A stretch of 64,000 bases of DNA. Origin: Candidatus Minusculum obligatum. Its GTDB lineage: Bacteria > Patescibacteriota > Minisyncoccia > Phycocordibacterales > Phycocordibacteraceae. A model generated the notes under the pieces. The model did not search any database. It had not been told where the DNA came from and was given only the letters and a program-made list of their open reading frames with translations. Position 1 is the first letter of the stretch. Every line of letters starts with the position of its first letter. Shown one piece after another: positions 29,333 through 38,860 of the stretch. The DNA lies in NCBI GenBank assembly GCA_002331145.1, contig DCYT01000001.1:154002-218001 (forward strand), written 5' to 3'. Made by a program: the position numbers and the translations under genes.

Positions 29333-29890
29333 TTAACCCCACATGCGAGACGCGATCAGTCGTTCTTCCTCGCCAACTGCATTTGCGTAGATGGCCGTCG
29401 TTTCCATCTTAGCGTGCCCAAGCCATTTTTGAACCAGGCTAAGCGCCACTCCGCATTGTATCGCGTTTACACCAAATCCGTGCCGCAGCCCCTTAGGAGA
29501 CGCGTGTGCGCCGACGATTTTCGCGGCTGACATGACGCCCTTGACCTTGCTCCAACCAGTGGTGCGGGACCACGGCCACAGGCGATCCGATTGCTCTAAC
29601 CCCGCTGCTCGAATGTATTCCTTCAATTCCGCAATCACGCTCGGCGGAACTGGCACAGCTCGGAATTCCCGCCGTTCGCGCTTCTTGAGACTCTTGAATA
29701 TGACGACGCAATCTGTGTCGTCGACTAGATCGACTGTCGTCGCCAAAGCCTCGGAAATTCGGCATCCGGTAAACGCCAACACGACGCAGAAGAGCCGATC
29801 GGCAGCTGCAAGTTTCTCGGACAAGCTCAGAAAGCGCGCCCGCTCGGATCGATTAAGGTACATTCTCGCTCCAGCGTTGGAATACATCAT
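29333..29890 (-). CDS. Second short FimB/FimE-like tyrosine recombinase, paralog of 26480-27058
   Basis: RMYLN, TGCRISE, SPKGLRHGFG, WLGHAKMETTAIY. Confidence 0.9.
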   Translation of the reverse strand: MMYSNAGARMYLNRSERARFLSLSEKLAAADRLFCVVLAFTGCRISEALATTVDLVDDTDCVVIFKSLKKRERREFRAVPVPPSVIAELKEYIRAAGLEQSDRLWPWSRTTGWSKVKGVMSAAKIVGAHASPKGLRHGFGVNAIQCGVALSLVQKWLGHAKMETTAIYANAVGEEERLIASRMWG

Positions 29891-29927
29891 AAAACTCTGC
29901 GCTAACCGAACCCGATTTCAAACGGTC

Positions 29928-29956
29928 TTGACGCGCGCTGTTAGCTGATAATCACT
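29928..29956 (+). promoter_or_regulatory. Candidate outward-facing promoter inside invertible segment B (TTGACG-N17-ATCACT)
   Basis: Identical -35 hexamer and spacing to the segment A promoter; -10 overlaps the inner arm of site B-right and is a weaker consensus match. Confidence 0.5.
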
Positions 29957-29973
29957 ATGCACTATAGTGTTCA
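29949..29973. repeat. Putative recombination site B-right: TAATCACT-ATGCACTAT-AGTGTTCA
   Basis: Inverted partner of 27175-27199 (spacer fully complementary; left arm 6/8 consensus). Confidence 0.78.
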
Positions 29974-30028
29974 AATTTAACTATGTTTCTTGAAAACACG
30001 CTATTTCACGCGGCACGGTGACCGGCGT

Positions 30029-32908
30029 TCAGTCGCCATCCTGAGGCGGTTTGTTCACACTCGACGCGATGATCTTCGCAACTGTTTCTCGGCGGTGTTT
30101 GGCCTCTTCCTCAGAAACCGGCGTATAGCGGGTCGTTACCTTCCAGCCTCGCACGACGGTCTCGTCGACGGTGAGCTTGGCAGCTCGCGCATTGATTAGT
30201 TCGGTCAGCTCATCAGGCCCGATGATTGAGCAGGACTGTGTGTTGGCTTGATCAAGGTGTTCCTGGATATGGGCGCGATATCGCGTACGCCGGCCAACAT
30301 CCGGGACAACCAGGATGACCTCGTCAAATCCAGCCTTGAAGCATTTTTCAACATTACGCAGCTCAGCGTCTGCGGTGTTTGAGACGGATATCTCAACCGC
30401 GATCGAAAGCTTTTCGTGTTCGAGCCCGACATCGACGCTCCCGCTGCCGTCCAGAACGGTTTGCTCGACCGTCGCCTTGAACCCACGCGCTTGGGCCAGC
30501 TCTCTCACCCATTGCTGCAACCGTCTGTGTTGGCGCCCTCCCACGCCAGCCGCGTATGCATCGATTTCCGCCTTGCGGGTCTCTTTCACATTCTCCTTGG
30601 GGGCTGCATCCTTCTTCGCCGGATCGGATCGAGCCTCGTCTCCAGGTGCATCGGGTTTTTTGGCGCTAGCGGTGTGATCTGGCGCGGAGGGTGGGTCTTC
30701 AGCCCGCTTAGCGGGTGGAGGTGCTTGGTTCTCGGTATGCCGCGTTGGCTCTGTCGGCTCAGGCGCCGCGGGATTATCAGGAGCATCGGCCGCTTCGATC
30801 AGCGCCTCGATCTCATCCAAGGTGCTGCAATAGCGCTCCCGATTTTGGTCGAGAAGGCGGTAATATGCGTCGTCGTCGAGCGAGGCTTGTGTGTTGACCA
30901 AGCCAAGCTGGACATCCATGCGCAAGGCCTGTTCGGTCACACCCTTGGCGTAAACCGCAAACTCAGTGCGGTCGCGGCGCTTGCGCATGGACTGGATCAT
31001 GCCGGCGTCAACGCGCATGTCCTCTGCCATTGCCCGCGCATCCTTGGCCGATACGCCACCAGCAAACTTGATGGAGGTCGAGGCCATGACCGTCGAGCGC
31101 AGGCGCGTTGGCATCTGATCGAGGTGTTGAGCGGCGATGTGAAGGCCCACGCGGTATTTTCGGGCCTGGTTGAAAAGCTGCTCAAGCGTCTCATCGAAGT
31201 AGTCGTGAGCTTCATCGATATAGACATGCACGCGCCGGCGCGCATCTTCCTCCAAGGTCGCCCGCTCAAGGGAGGCCTGGGCGATCTTCGCAATGAAGAA
31301 GCGCCCGAAGATGGAACACCCATCGGCCTTGAGGAGATCTTTGGCCGTATTGATCAGGATGATCTTGCCGGCACTCATCGCTTCGAAGACGTCGAGTTTG
31401 TTTTGCGGGTGCGAGAACATTCGCTCAAATACCGGATTGGCGAGCACGCCCCAAAGCCGTCTCAGAATTTGTTTTTTGGTCGCCGAAAAGCTTGGCGCGA
31501 AGAACTCGGTCTGAAAGAAGCGTTTGGCTGATCCGTCGAGCTTTTGCATATAGGGCCTGAAGGGTTTGCCATCCTCCATCAGCGCGCGCAGCGTTTGAAC
31601 CGTCGCATCGGGAATGACCATCATCAGCCGAGCCAGATAGCGAAAGACGACACCCTGCTTTTGCGTGAGCTCCGCCCCCAATAGCGCCGCGAAGAAATAC
31701 TCATAAAGATCTATGACAGAGTTGAGGACGCGCTCCCTATCGGCCCGGGAATAGCCCTCGAGCCGGTCATGATCGAAAGCGAATAAATTGAGCGCGACTG
31801 GAAACTCCACATCGCTCGGATCGATCAAAACCAGCCGGTCGGCCAACCCTTCCGCGAGATAGGGATCAAAGAGTGCCAGTCGCGAGATCGTCTGAATGAG
31901 ATCGCCCTGGCTATCGATCACGATGACGCCAGGCGCGCAGTCTGCCCCCCTAACCAGATCATGATGGATCAGCTTGAGCAGGAGTTGGGTCTTGCCATGT
32001 CCGGACCCACCGACAATGAGCGCATGCTCACAGCGAAGCTCATCAGGCAGAAAGACTGGAACATGTGCCTCAAGCAGGCCCTGAAAGGGCGTATGACGCA
32101 AATAGGTCTCAACCAACTCAGCGGGACTATCGAAGCGGGCGTCTGCAGGCAGGATATAGGGCCGGGTGGGTGCCGGGTCTTGCGGGTTGATGTTGGAGGC
32201 CAGTGCCAGATTGGCCATCAGCTGCGTCCGGCAATCGAAGAAAAGTTCGTTCATAAAGGCGGGACCGCTTTCGCTGCAGACCTCCCGGACCCAGTCATCC
32301 ATCACGTCGGCCGGGTTTTCGATCATGCCCGCGAGTGGCACTTCAAGCGCAACCGCATCGGCTGAATGCTCATCATCAATGGCGGACCGCTCCGCGACTG
32401 CGTCCAGAACGCTGGCACACATGTGCAGCAGTAAGCCCTTTAAAAGGGGCAGGCGCTTATCAAAAAGATCAAAGAGCCGCTCACGCCGCAGCAAATAGCT
32501 GCGCAGCTCCACCCGCGTTCGCATCGGCAAGGCCGCGATCTCGGTGGGTGGGTCATCGTAGCGCGGATACCAATAGCATTCTTCGATGAGGACATGATCG
32601 ATCAGGTCAAAAAGCGCCTCTGCGAGCGCTCCTGAATAATGGGCATCGCTAGCATGCCAGGCACCGCTTAAAACTTCGGTGATCAGATCAAACCGGTTTT
32701 CAAGTGGGCCTTCCAGCAGCGCATCCTGTCGCGCCTCCAAACGCGCATGCAGGTCCACCAGCTCCGCCAGCTCACGGTCGCGCTCACTCATGCCCCAGCT
32801 GGAAAAAAGGCCTCGCCCGACTTTGGGGCCGAGCGAGGGCATATTGGCAGAACTATTCCAGCCTTCTTGCCAGGCCTTGGCGATCTCGGAGAAAAAGTCT
32901 CCCGCCAT
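30029..32908 (-). CDS. VirD4/TraD-like (type IV coupling/HerA-FtsK) ATPase with N-terminal extension and C-terminal PD-(D/E)xK-like domain
   Basis: Walker A GGSGHGKT, VIDSQGD, YIDEAH, QARKYRVGLHIAAQ; C-terminal SVDVGL...IAVEIS. Confidence 0.8.
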   Translation of the reverse strand: MAGDFFSEIAKAWQEGWNSSANMPSLGPKVGRGLFSSWGMSERDRELAELVDLHARLEARQDALLEGPLENRFDLITEVLSGAWHASDAHYSGALAEALFDLIDHVLIEECYWYPRYDDPPTEIAALPMRTRVELRSYLLRRERLFDLFDKRLPLLKGLLLHMCASVLDAVAERSAIDDEHSADAVALEVPLAGMIENPADVMDDWVREVCSESGPAFMNELFFDCRTQLMANLALASNINPQDPAPTRPYILPADARFDSPAELVETYLRHTPFQGLLEAHVPVFLPDELRCEHALIVGGSGHGKTQLLLKLIHHDLVRGADCAPGVIVIDSQGDLIQTISRLALFDPYLAEGLADRLVLIDPSDVEFPVALNLFAFDHDRLEGYSRADRERVLNSVIDLYEYFFAALLGAELTQKQGVVFRYLARLMMVIPDATVQTLRALMEDGKPFRPYMQKLDGSAKRFFQTEFFAPSFSATKKQILRRLWGVLANPVFERMFSHPQNKLDVFEAMSAGKIILINTAKDLLKADGCSIFGRFFIAKIAQASLERATLEEDARRRVHVYIDEAHDYFDETLEQLFNQARKYRVGLHIAAQHLDQMPTRLRSTVMASTSIKFAGGVSAKDARAMAEDMRVDAGMIQSMRKRRDRTEFAVYAKGVTEQALRMDVQLGLVNTQASLDDDAYYRLLDQNRERYCSTLDEIEALIEAADAPDNPAAPEPTEPTRHTENQAPPPAKRAEDPPSAPDHTASAKKPDAPGDEARSDPAKKDAAPKENVKETRKAEIDAYAAGVGGRQHRRLQQWVRELAQARGFKATVEQTVLDGSGSVDVGLEHEKLSIAVEISVSNTADAELRNVEKCFKAGFDEVILVVPDVGRRTRYRAHIQEHLDQANTQSCSIIGPDELTELINARAAKLTVDETVVRGWKVTTRYTPVSEEEAKHRRETVAKIIASSVNKPPQDGD

Positions 32909-32913
32909 CGTGG

Positions 32914-33318
32914 TCAGGCCGGCTCGATCTCGACAATCTGTTCGGACCCGTCAAATTGCCGCGCGACATCGATATAGCCGCGAATGTTCCGGCAGGCTTG
33001 ATGAACCTGGTTTTCCGTGGCGACCACCTCGTTCAGATCCTTGCATTCCAAGTGCTGGCCACTCACCAGGTCGCCGAGCGAAAAAGAGCGCTTCGTCACG
33101 CGGTCCATGAGCGCGCCGCCCAGGCCGGCCCAGCTTCCCGCTTCTGATTTTGCGAGGTTTTGGTCAGCCGCCTCGGATGTGTAAACGAGTTGGCCTTTGA
33201 GCTTGTACTTTTTGACCAGCTCGGCCTCCTCGTCGGTCAGTTCAGCCATCACGTCGAGAATGAAAATCGGTGTTCCGGTCAGTCCTGATTTTTGGCTACG
33301 GCGTAGTTTGAGTTGCAT
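32914..33318 (-). CDS. Hypothetical protein between the two coupling-type ATPases
   Basis: GGGGAGG RBS, MQLKLRRSQ start, co-oriented in the operon. Confidence 0.75.
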   Translation of the reverse strand: MQLKLRRSQKSGLTGTPIFILDVMAELTDEEAELVKKYKLKGQLVYTSEAADQNLAKSEAGSWAGLGGALMDRVTKRSFSLGDLVSGQHLECKDLNEVVATENQVHQACRNIRGYIDVARQFDGSEQIVEIEPA

Positions 33319-33399
33319 CTCTGCCTCCCCTGTTATTCGCGTCAAGCGCGAACCGATCAAAGCAAGACAACCTAAAAGAGTCGAGATAAATTTGGCGAT

Positions 33400-34602
33400 C
33401 TATAGTTTTGCCATGGATTTCAACACGACATCGGGCAACACGGTACAGGCACTAAAGGGCTTGGACGGGTTCCCATCGATCAGCAGGCGCAAGTAAATCT
33501 GCTGATTGGCCAGATTGATCATGTCGAGCCGAGCAAACTTGGGATCAAACTCCTTGGCCAAGTATCCCGCATCCTCCGCGCCCACCCGAAAAGCGATGAG
33601 CGTGCCGGCATTACCCAGCGCGGCCCGGCGGATATCCGGATCGATCTGATGGAGATATTGATGGGCCATCGTCAAGCCGAGCCGGTATTTGCGTAGCTCG
33701 GAGAGCATCTGGGCGATCGCCAGGGTCGTGAAGTTCTGAAACTCATCGACATAGACAAAAAAGTCCCGTCGGTCGGCTTCCGGAATACTGGCCCGGGAGA
33801 ACGCAGCAACCGCCAACATGGTCGTCAGGACACCGCCAACCAGACGCGTACTGTCCGCGCCCAATCGCCCCTTGGCGAGGTTCACGATCAAGACCTGTCC
33901 CTCATCCATGATTTTGCGAAGCCGGATCTGTCCCCCATCATCGGTGAAAAAGCGCAAAAGCCGCGGGTCCGCCAATAGCGCCCCGACTTTGGATTGAACC
34001 GGCGCGATGGCGTCAGCCTGATATCGATAAGAGTATTTGGGAAACTCAACCTGCCAGAAGCGTTTGATGGTCGGGTTTTCAATGTGCGGCAAAATGGATC
34101 GGCGATAATCCGCGCTGGTGAGCAATTTGAGCAAGTCCGGCAAATGGGCTGATGGCTGGTCAAGCAGGGCCATGATCGCATTGCGCAAGACATGCTCCAT
34201 GCGCGACCCCCAAGCATCCGCCCACATCATGCGAAAGACATCCAAGAGGCTGGCCGCCACCAATGGCCGCAAAACACTGGGTACCCGCGCAAACGGATTA
34301 TACGCCAAGGCGCAGTCCGGATCGGCCGGGTCAAGATAGACGACATCCTCGCGGCCCAGAGCTTTCGCGTGAGCCAGGCAGCGTTCGGCCAGGTCGCCAT
34401 GCGGATCGAGCACCGCGCAGCCGGCCTCATCCATCACATCGCCTGCAATCAGGGTCTCCAGCAAAGTCGTCTTGCCGGTACCGGTCTTGCCGATGATGTA
34501 GACATGAGAGAAGCGATCCTCAGTCTTGATCCCGAAAAGCCGCGTGTCGATGCGAAATCGGACACGGGCAAATCGGCGGACATTGGCGGCAAGATCTGAC
34601 AT
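33400..34602 (-). CDS. VirD4/TraD-like ATPase (DUF87/TraG-D_C type)
   Basis: GKTGTGKTT, LDPHGDL, YVDEFQNF, LSELRKYRLGLTMAHQY, LGNAGTLIAFRVGAEDA. Confidence 0.88.
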   Translation of the reverse strand: MSDLAANVRRFARVRFRIDTRLFGIKTEDRFSHVYIIGKTGTGKTTLLETLIAGDVMDEAGCAVLDPHGDLAERCLAHAKALGREDVVYLDPADPDCALAYNPFARVPSVLRPLVAASLLDVFRMMWADAWGSRMEHVLRNAIMALLDQPSAHLPDLLKLLTSADYRRSILPHIENPTIKRFWQVEFPKYSYRYQADAIAPVQSKVGALLADPRLLRFFTDDGGQIRLRKIMDEGQVLIVNLAKGRLGADSTRLVGGVLTTMLAVAAFSRASIPEADRRDFFVYVDEFQNFTTLAIAQMLSELRKYRLGLTMAHQYLHQIDPDIRRAALGNAGTLIAFRVGAEDAGYLAKEFDPKFARLDMINLANQQIYLRLLIDGNPSKPFSACTVLPDVVLKSMAKL

Positions 34603-34896
34603 GCCCTTCAGTGTGCGCCAGGACGGGCTATCCCCGCAGACTGGGTGCGGCGCGCTTTGCGCGCCTTTGTCCTGACCAACCAGACAGAGATCGACTTTAC
34701 CAGAGGCTTCATGTGTGCACCGCCTGTCAGGGCTCCTCATCGCGCCTAGCGCTGTGCGCCGCCGATCGCAACCCGGCAAGCCGGGTCCTTCGCTTCGCTA
34801 CGGTCCATTGGATGCGCTCTGCGGCTTGAACACAGCGCTGGGTCTCTTCGTGTCGCCCGCATCCAGGCGGGCCTTCAAACCAGCGGAGAAACCCCG

Positions 34897-36645
34897 ATGA
34901 ATATAATTACCCTCCCAATTGAGCAGCTTTCCATTTCCAAGCTCAATATGCGCCATGGCCGAAAGGCTCCGGACATCGACGATCTCATCCCCAGCATCAA
35001 AGAAAGGGGCCTCCTCAATCCCCTGATCGTGGTGCCAACCGAGCAATCAGACCGTTTCGAGATTATCGCAGGTCGGCGCCGTTACTTCGCCGCCAAGGCT
35101 GCAGAGACCCTCACCGAGCTGCCTTGCATGGTCTTGGACACTCAAAGCGATGCCGATGCCTTGGAAATCTCGCTGATTGAAAACCTCGCCCGGCTCGAGC
35201 CGGACCCGATGAGTGAATGCGAAGCCTTCGCCAAACTCGTTGCCAAGGGCCGCAGCGTCGAAGAGGTCGCGGCCCTGTTCGCCAAGACGCCCCGCCATAT
35301 CAAACAGCGCCTCGCTCTGGGCAAGCTGATCACGCCGATCAAATCAGCCTTCCGCAAGGACGAGATCGATGCCGCAACGCTGCAAACCCTCACCCTCGCC
35401 AGCAAGGACCAACAACGCGAATGGATGCGACGCCTCACCGACAAGGCCGACTACGCCCCGACCGGCTTGCGCTTGAAGCAATGGTTGATGGGCGGCCAAT
35501 CGATCCAAACCGAGACGGCTCTTTTTGATCTGAACGACTACCCCGGCCAGATCATCACAGACCTTTTCGGCGAGGCGAGCTATTTTGACGATAGCGAAGC
35601 CTTCTGGTCACTCCAGATGTCTGCCATCGACGCCCTGCGCGACAAATACCTTGAAGCCGGTTGGTCCGATGTCGAGGTGATCCCCGCAGAGCGCTATTTT
35701 GAGACGTGGGAGTATGAGAGCCGTACCAGGGCCAAAGGAGGCCATGTCGTCATCGACGTCGCCTCCAGCGGGGCTGTGAGTACGCATGAGGGTTATCTCT
35801 CCCGCCGGGCCATTCGACAGCTCGAAGCGGAAGCTTCCGGCGAGGTGCCTTCCAAGCCGATCAGGCCGGAAATGACCAAGAAGCTTGAAAACTATGTCGC
35901 ACTCCACCGGCATGGGATGGTGCGCACGGCGCTTCTTGAAGCGCCCGATCTGGCCTTGGTGCTGATGGCAGCCCATCTTCTGGTCGGCTCGAATCTTTGG
36001 TCTGTGCGCGCTGATCCGCAGCGGGCCGCGTGTGCGTCAACCGCCACGAGCGTTACGGACTCTTCCGCAAAGGCCGGATTTGAAATGGCCCGTGAACGGG
36101 TCTGCTCTCTTCTCGACATGCCATTTGATGCCAGCCCGTTGGTCACCTCCTCCGGTAAGCCGAAAGCCTTCGCCGAAATGTTCAAGCGCCTGGCTGGATT
36201 GTCACAGCCTGAGCTGATGACGGTACTCACCTTCTTGATGGCCGAAAGCCTTGAAGTCGGGTCCATCGGTGTCGAATTGGCGGGAAGTGCAATGGGCATC
36301 GATCCGGCCGCGCATTGGACACCGGATGAGGCCTTCTTTGAACTCCTGCGGGATAAGCCCGCGATCAACGCCATGCTTGTCCAGACGCGCGGCGAGGCCA
36401 TCGCGAACGCCAACAAGAACCAGACCCGCAACCAGCAGATTGAAGCGCTCAAGACCGGTCTTGGCCAAAGCGACGAGCCTTGGGCCCCGGCCTATCTGGC
36501 CTTTCCCTTCTCCATCTATACGGACAAGTCTGGTGGCGAGTTGGCAGACCATGCCGCCATCATCGAAGCGGTCACAGCTGGCGATGAAGCTGCGAGCGAG
36601 ACGGTCGGTGAAACTACCGCGGAACCGGTTCCCGATGCCGCGTGA
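34897..36645 (+). CDS. Plasmid/ICE-type ParB/RepB/Spo0J family protein with long C-terminal extension
   Basis: SIKERGLLNPLIV, IIAGRRR, SLIENLAR, HTH; DLFG motif. Confidence 0.88.
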   Translation: MNIITLPIEQLSISKLNMRHGRKAPDIDDLIPSIKERGLLNPLIVVPTEQSDRFEIIAGRRRYFAAKAAETLTELPCMVLDTQSDADALEISLIENLARLEPDPMSECEAFAKLVAKGRSVEEVAALFAKTPRHIKQRLALGKLITPIKSAFRKDEIDAATLQTLTLASKDQQREWMRRLTDKADYAPTGLRLKQWLMGGQSIQTETALFDLNDYPGQIITDLFGEASYFDDSEAFWSLQMSAIDALRDKYLEAGWSDVEVIPAERYFETWEYESRTRAKGGHVVIDVASSGAVSTHEGYLSRRAIRQLEAEASGEVPSKPIRPEMTKKLENYVALHRHGMVRTALLEAPDLALVLMAAHLLVGSNLWSVRADPQRAACASTATSVTDSSAKAGFEMARERVCSLLDMPFDASPLVTSSGKPKAFAEMFKRLAGLSQPELMTVLTFLMAESLEVGSIGVELAGSAMGIDPAAHWTPDEAFFELLRDKPAINAMLVQTRGEAIANANKNQTRNQQIEALKTGLGQSDEPWAPAYLAFPFSIYTDKSGGELADHAAIIEAVTAGDEAASETVGETTAEPVPDAA

Positions 36646-36663
36646 GCCATCACCTCAATAATC

Positions 36664-36691
36664 AAGAGCGGGCTTGCGCCCGCTCTTTTTT
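36664..36691 (+). terminator. Intrinsic terminator after the island parB-like gene
   Basis: AAGAGCGGGC-TTGC-GCCCGCTCTT followed by a T run. Confidence 0.8.
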
Positions 36692-36716
36692 GCCCATCGC
36701 GTGGGACTTAAAGGAC

Positions 36717-37061
36717 CTAATACTCCTCTGCCAAAAAGAGCGTCAGAACCCGCGTCGTTTTTTCCGGATCGGTGGGATCATCCGAGCCATATTTCAGCGT
36801 CGGATCATAATAATCGATCTTCCACAGGACCGGCTCGTCCTCAATCACGACCCGCCCAAAATCATGCTCGCCATATGGGTCGTTTTCTTCGGAGAACTCA
36901 CTTTGGGCCTGCATGGCTGTCACCGCTTGGGCAATGAACGCATCGCCGCGGTGGACTACCCCCGGGGTGATCAGGATTTGTCCGCCTTCTCCTTTGATGC
37001 GCAAGGCATCATTGAGGTCGCGGATCGCGCAGGTTCGACAATCGTCATCAGTCATCGACAT
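36717..37061 (-). CDS. DUF3768-like protein
   Basis: IRDLNDALR, FSEENDPYGEHDFG, WKIDYYD, TRVLTLFLAEEY; AAGGAG RBS. Confidence 0.82.
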   Translation of the reverse strand: MSMTDDDCRTCAIRDLNDALRIKGEGGQILITPGVVHRGDAFIAQAVTAMQAQSEFSEENDPYGEHDFGRVVIEDEPVLWKIDYYDPTLKYGSDDPTDPEKTTRVLTLFLAEEY

Positions 37062-37242
37062 GATTTTGCTCCTTATCGCGTCGCCGGCATCGAGGATCGG
37101 TGCCGGCGGACGACACCGAGCAAAACGGTGTCTTCCAAACTGAACGCTTGTTTGTGCGGGCGGCAGGTCCCGCACACCCATCATGGTCGCATGAGCAGCG
37201 TTATCCCCACAGGCTGGGTCATGCGCGGTTTTCGCGCGTGCG

Positions 37243-37281
37243 CGCGCCTTCGGGGATGTTAGGGACATCCCCGAAGGCGCG
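37243..37281. repeat. Perfect 17-bp inverted repeat (candidate origin hairpin)
   Basis: CGCGCCTTCGGGGATGT-TAGGG-ACATCCCCGAAGGCGCG; GACATCCCCG recurs near 37359. Confidence 0.7.
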
Positions 37282-37340
37282 ACGGCGCGAGGCCAGGGCG
37301 AACGGCGCGTATCGGTGGTGGACGGCTAAGCCGTCTCGGC

Positions 37341-38750
37341 CTACCGGCCATCCTCCCCGACATCCCCGGTCTCCACCCGCGTGATCTCACCGAGCTTTTC
37401 AGCCAGAAGGGCCACATCCTCATCGCTCACGCCATAGCGTCGATAAAGCCGTTCCAACGTTTCGCCCTGCAGCTTTGGCACGATGAAAACGCCATGGCTC
37501 TTGGTGGTCTTCACATTGAGCCGGGTGCGCACGACATGCCCCATGGCGCGCGCGCCCACCGGTTTGACCGATCGGTCCTGAAAGGCGCGGGCATGATCTG
37601 TTGCAATGGACTGCACGCTCACGCCCGGTCCTGTCTCCGCCTGCATACGCTTTTTGATGACGGTGAGCACTTCCGCTTCCAGAGATTGTCCGCGCGCATC
37701 CGCCAATGCGGCCTGAGCGGCAACCGCATGGGCCAGTATCGCTTCGCGGTCCTCTTGCGCCTCTGTCACCGACAAGAGCGGTGCCAGGATCTGATGCATA
37801 CGCGGTTCGATGGCGTGTTGGTCAACGTCCAGAGGTTTGGGGTCACCAAAGCGCGCGAACTGGGTGAAGCGATACATCAAGAGCTTGTTGCGCAGGATCG
37901 AAGCATCGGCCTCCTGCTGGCTGGGCAAGCTGATGGGCACATCGGCGCGCAAGGAGGGGTTCGAGCTGGTCTCGGTTAAAAATCGGCTCTCCAAGGCCGG
38001 ATCATCATAACGGCCGCGCATACCAATGATTTTGGGTCCGAACACCTTGAACGCGCGCGGCACGAAGTCCTTGCCATTACTGGTCTCGCTACGCAGCACC
38101 GGATAGCCTTTGACATTGCCGGCATTGAGGATTTTCGCGATGAGCGCGCTCTCGTCGGAAAACCGAAAATCTGCCTCATCGATGATCAGCGTACCGCCGA
38201 TCTGATCGAGTAGATGAAAGATCGGCGAGGTCGTTGAGGCACCCCCGGCAAAGATCGGTTTGTAACAAATCGATCCGATGACCGTGAGAAAGCGCGTCTT
38301 GCCCGTTCCATAATCGCCGCGTCGGCGCAGATAGGGCAGCTCGTTGAACCGGTCATGCACCCAGCTTAGCAGGACATAGTTGGCAGCCAGTCGCTCAAAG
38401 GCGTCCGGCACATCGACATATTTATGGATATAGGCACGGATCGCCTCGACCAGATCCGCCACCTCGCCATAATCCATCGGTGCCTGGGGCAAGCGCACCA
38501 CATTATGCTCGACCAAGGCTGCGATATTGCGCATCGGCACATAACGCGTGGCCGTGTCCGGACAATAGCTATCGAGGATCGCCGCTTTGCCGTGCCGCCA
38601 GATCGCCAGGCGCGGCTTGTCGTCCTTGCTATCAAACACCGTCTCGATGATTTCGCCAGATGGACCGATTGCCGACACGACCGGGACAAGGGTCTTGTTT
38701 TGCCTGTTGCGCTCCGACCCTTTAGGAGCGTCCTGATTATTTTGTGTCAT
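37341..38750 (-). CDS. P-loop replication-associated protein (DUF3631-like) of the element
   Basis: GDYGTGKTR, TLIIDEAD, KILNAGN, F.VFGPK. Confidence 0.7.
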   Translation of the reverse strand: MTQNNQDAPKGSERNRQNKTLVPVVSAIGPSGEIIETVFDSKDDKPRLAIWRHGKAAILDSYCPDTATRYVPMRNIAALVEHNVVRLPQAPMDYGEVADLVEAIRAYIHKYVDVPDAFERLAANYVLLSWVHDRFNELPYLRRRGDYGTGKTRFLTVIGSICYKPIFAGGASTTSPIFHLLDQIGGTLIIDEADFRFSDESALIAKILNAGNVKGYPVLRSETSNGKDFVPRAFKVFGPKIIGMRGRYDDPALESRFLTETSSNPSLRADVPISLPSQQEADASILRNKLLMYRFTQFARFGDPKPLDVDQHAIEPRMHQILAPLLSVTEAQEDREAILAHAVAAQAALADARGQSLEAEVLTVIKKRMQAETGPGVSVQSIATDHARAFQDRSVKPVGARAMGHVVRTRLNVKTTKSHGVFIVPKLQGETLERLYRRYGVSDEDVALLAEKLGEITRVETGDVGEDGR

Positions 38751-38860
38751 AGAGTTTCAGCCTACCGGCGATGCCTCTATCCCCTCAGGCTTGCTGGCGC
38801 GCGAATAGCGCGCTTCTCCAAGCCTCGTCGGATAGTCGTGGGCCAGTAGGCTTAGGGGGT

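Noticed and set aside
26391..29973. The four palindromic 25-bp sites read as a CRISPR array or as integron attC sites
   Set aside because: Spacing is irregular (about 0.1-2.8 kb), they occur as inverted pairs, there are no cas genes, and the recombinases are too short to be IntI.
30416..31531. Long 371-aa plus-strand ORF and similar antisense ORFs (e.g. 13421-14212, 60081-60800, 36642-37262)
   Set aside because: Shadow frames opposite well-supported genes, with no recognisable motifs.
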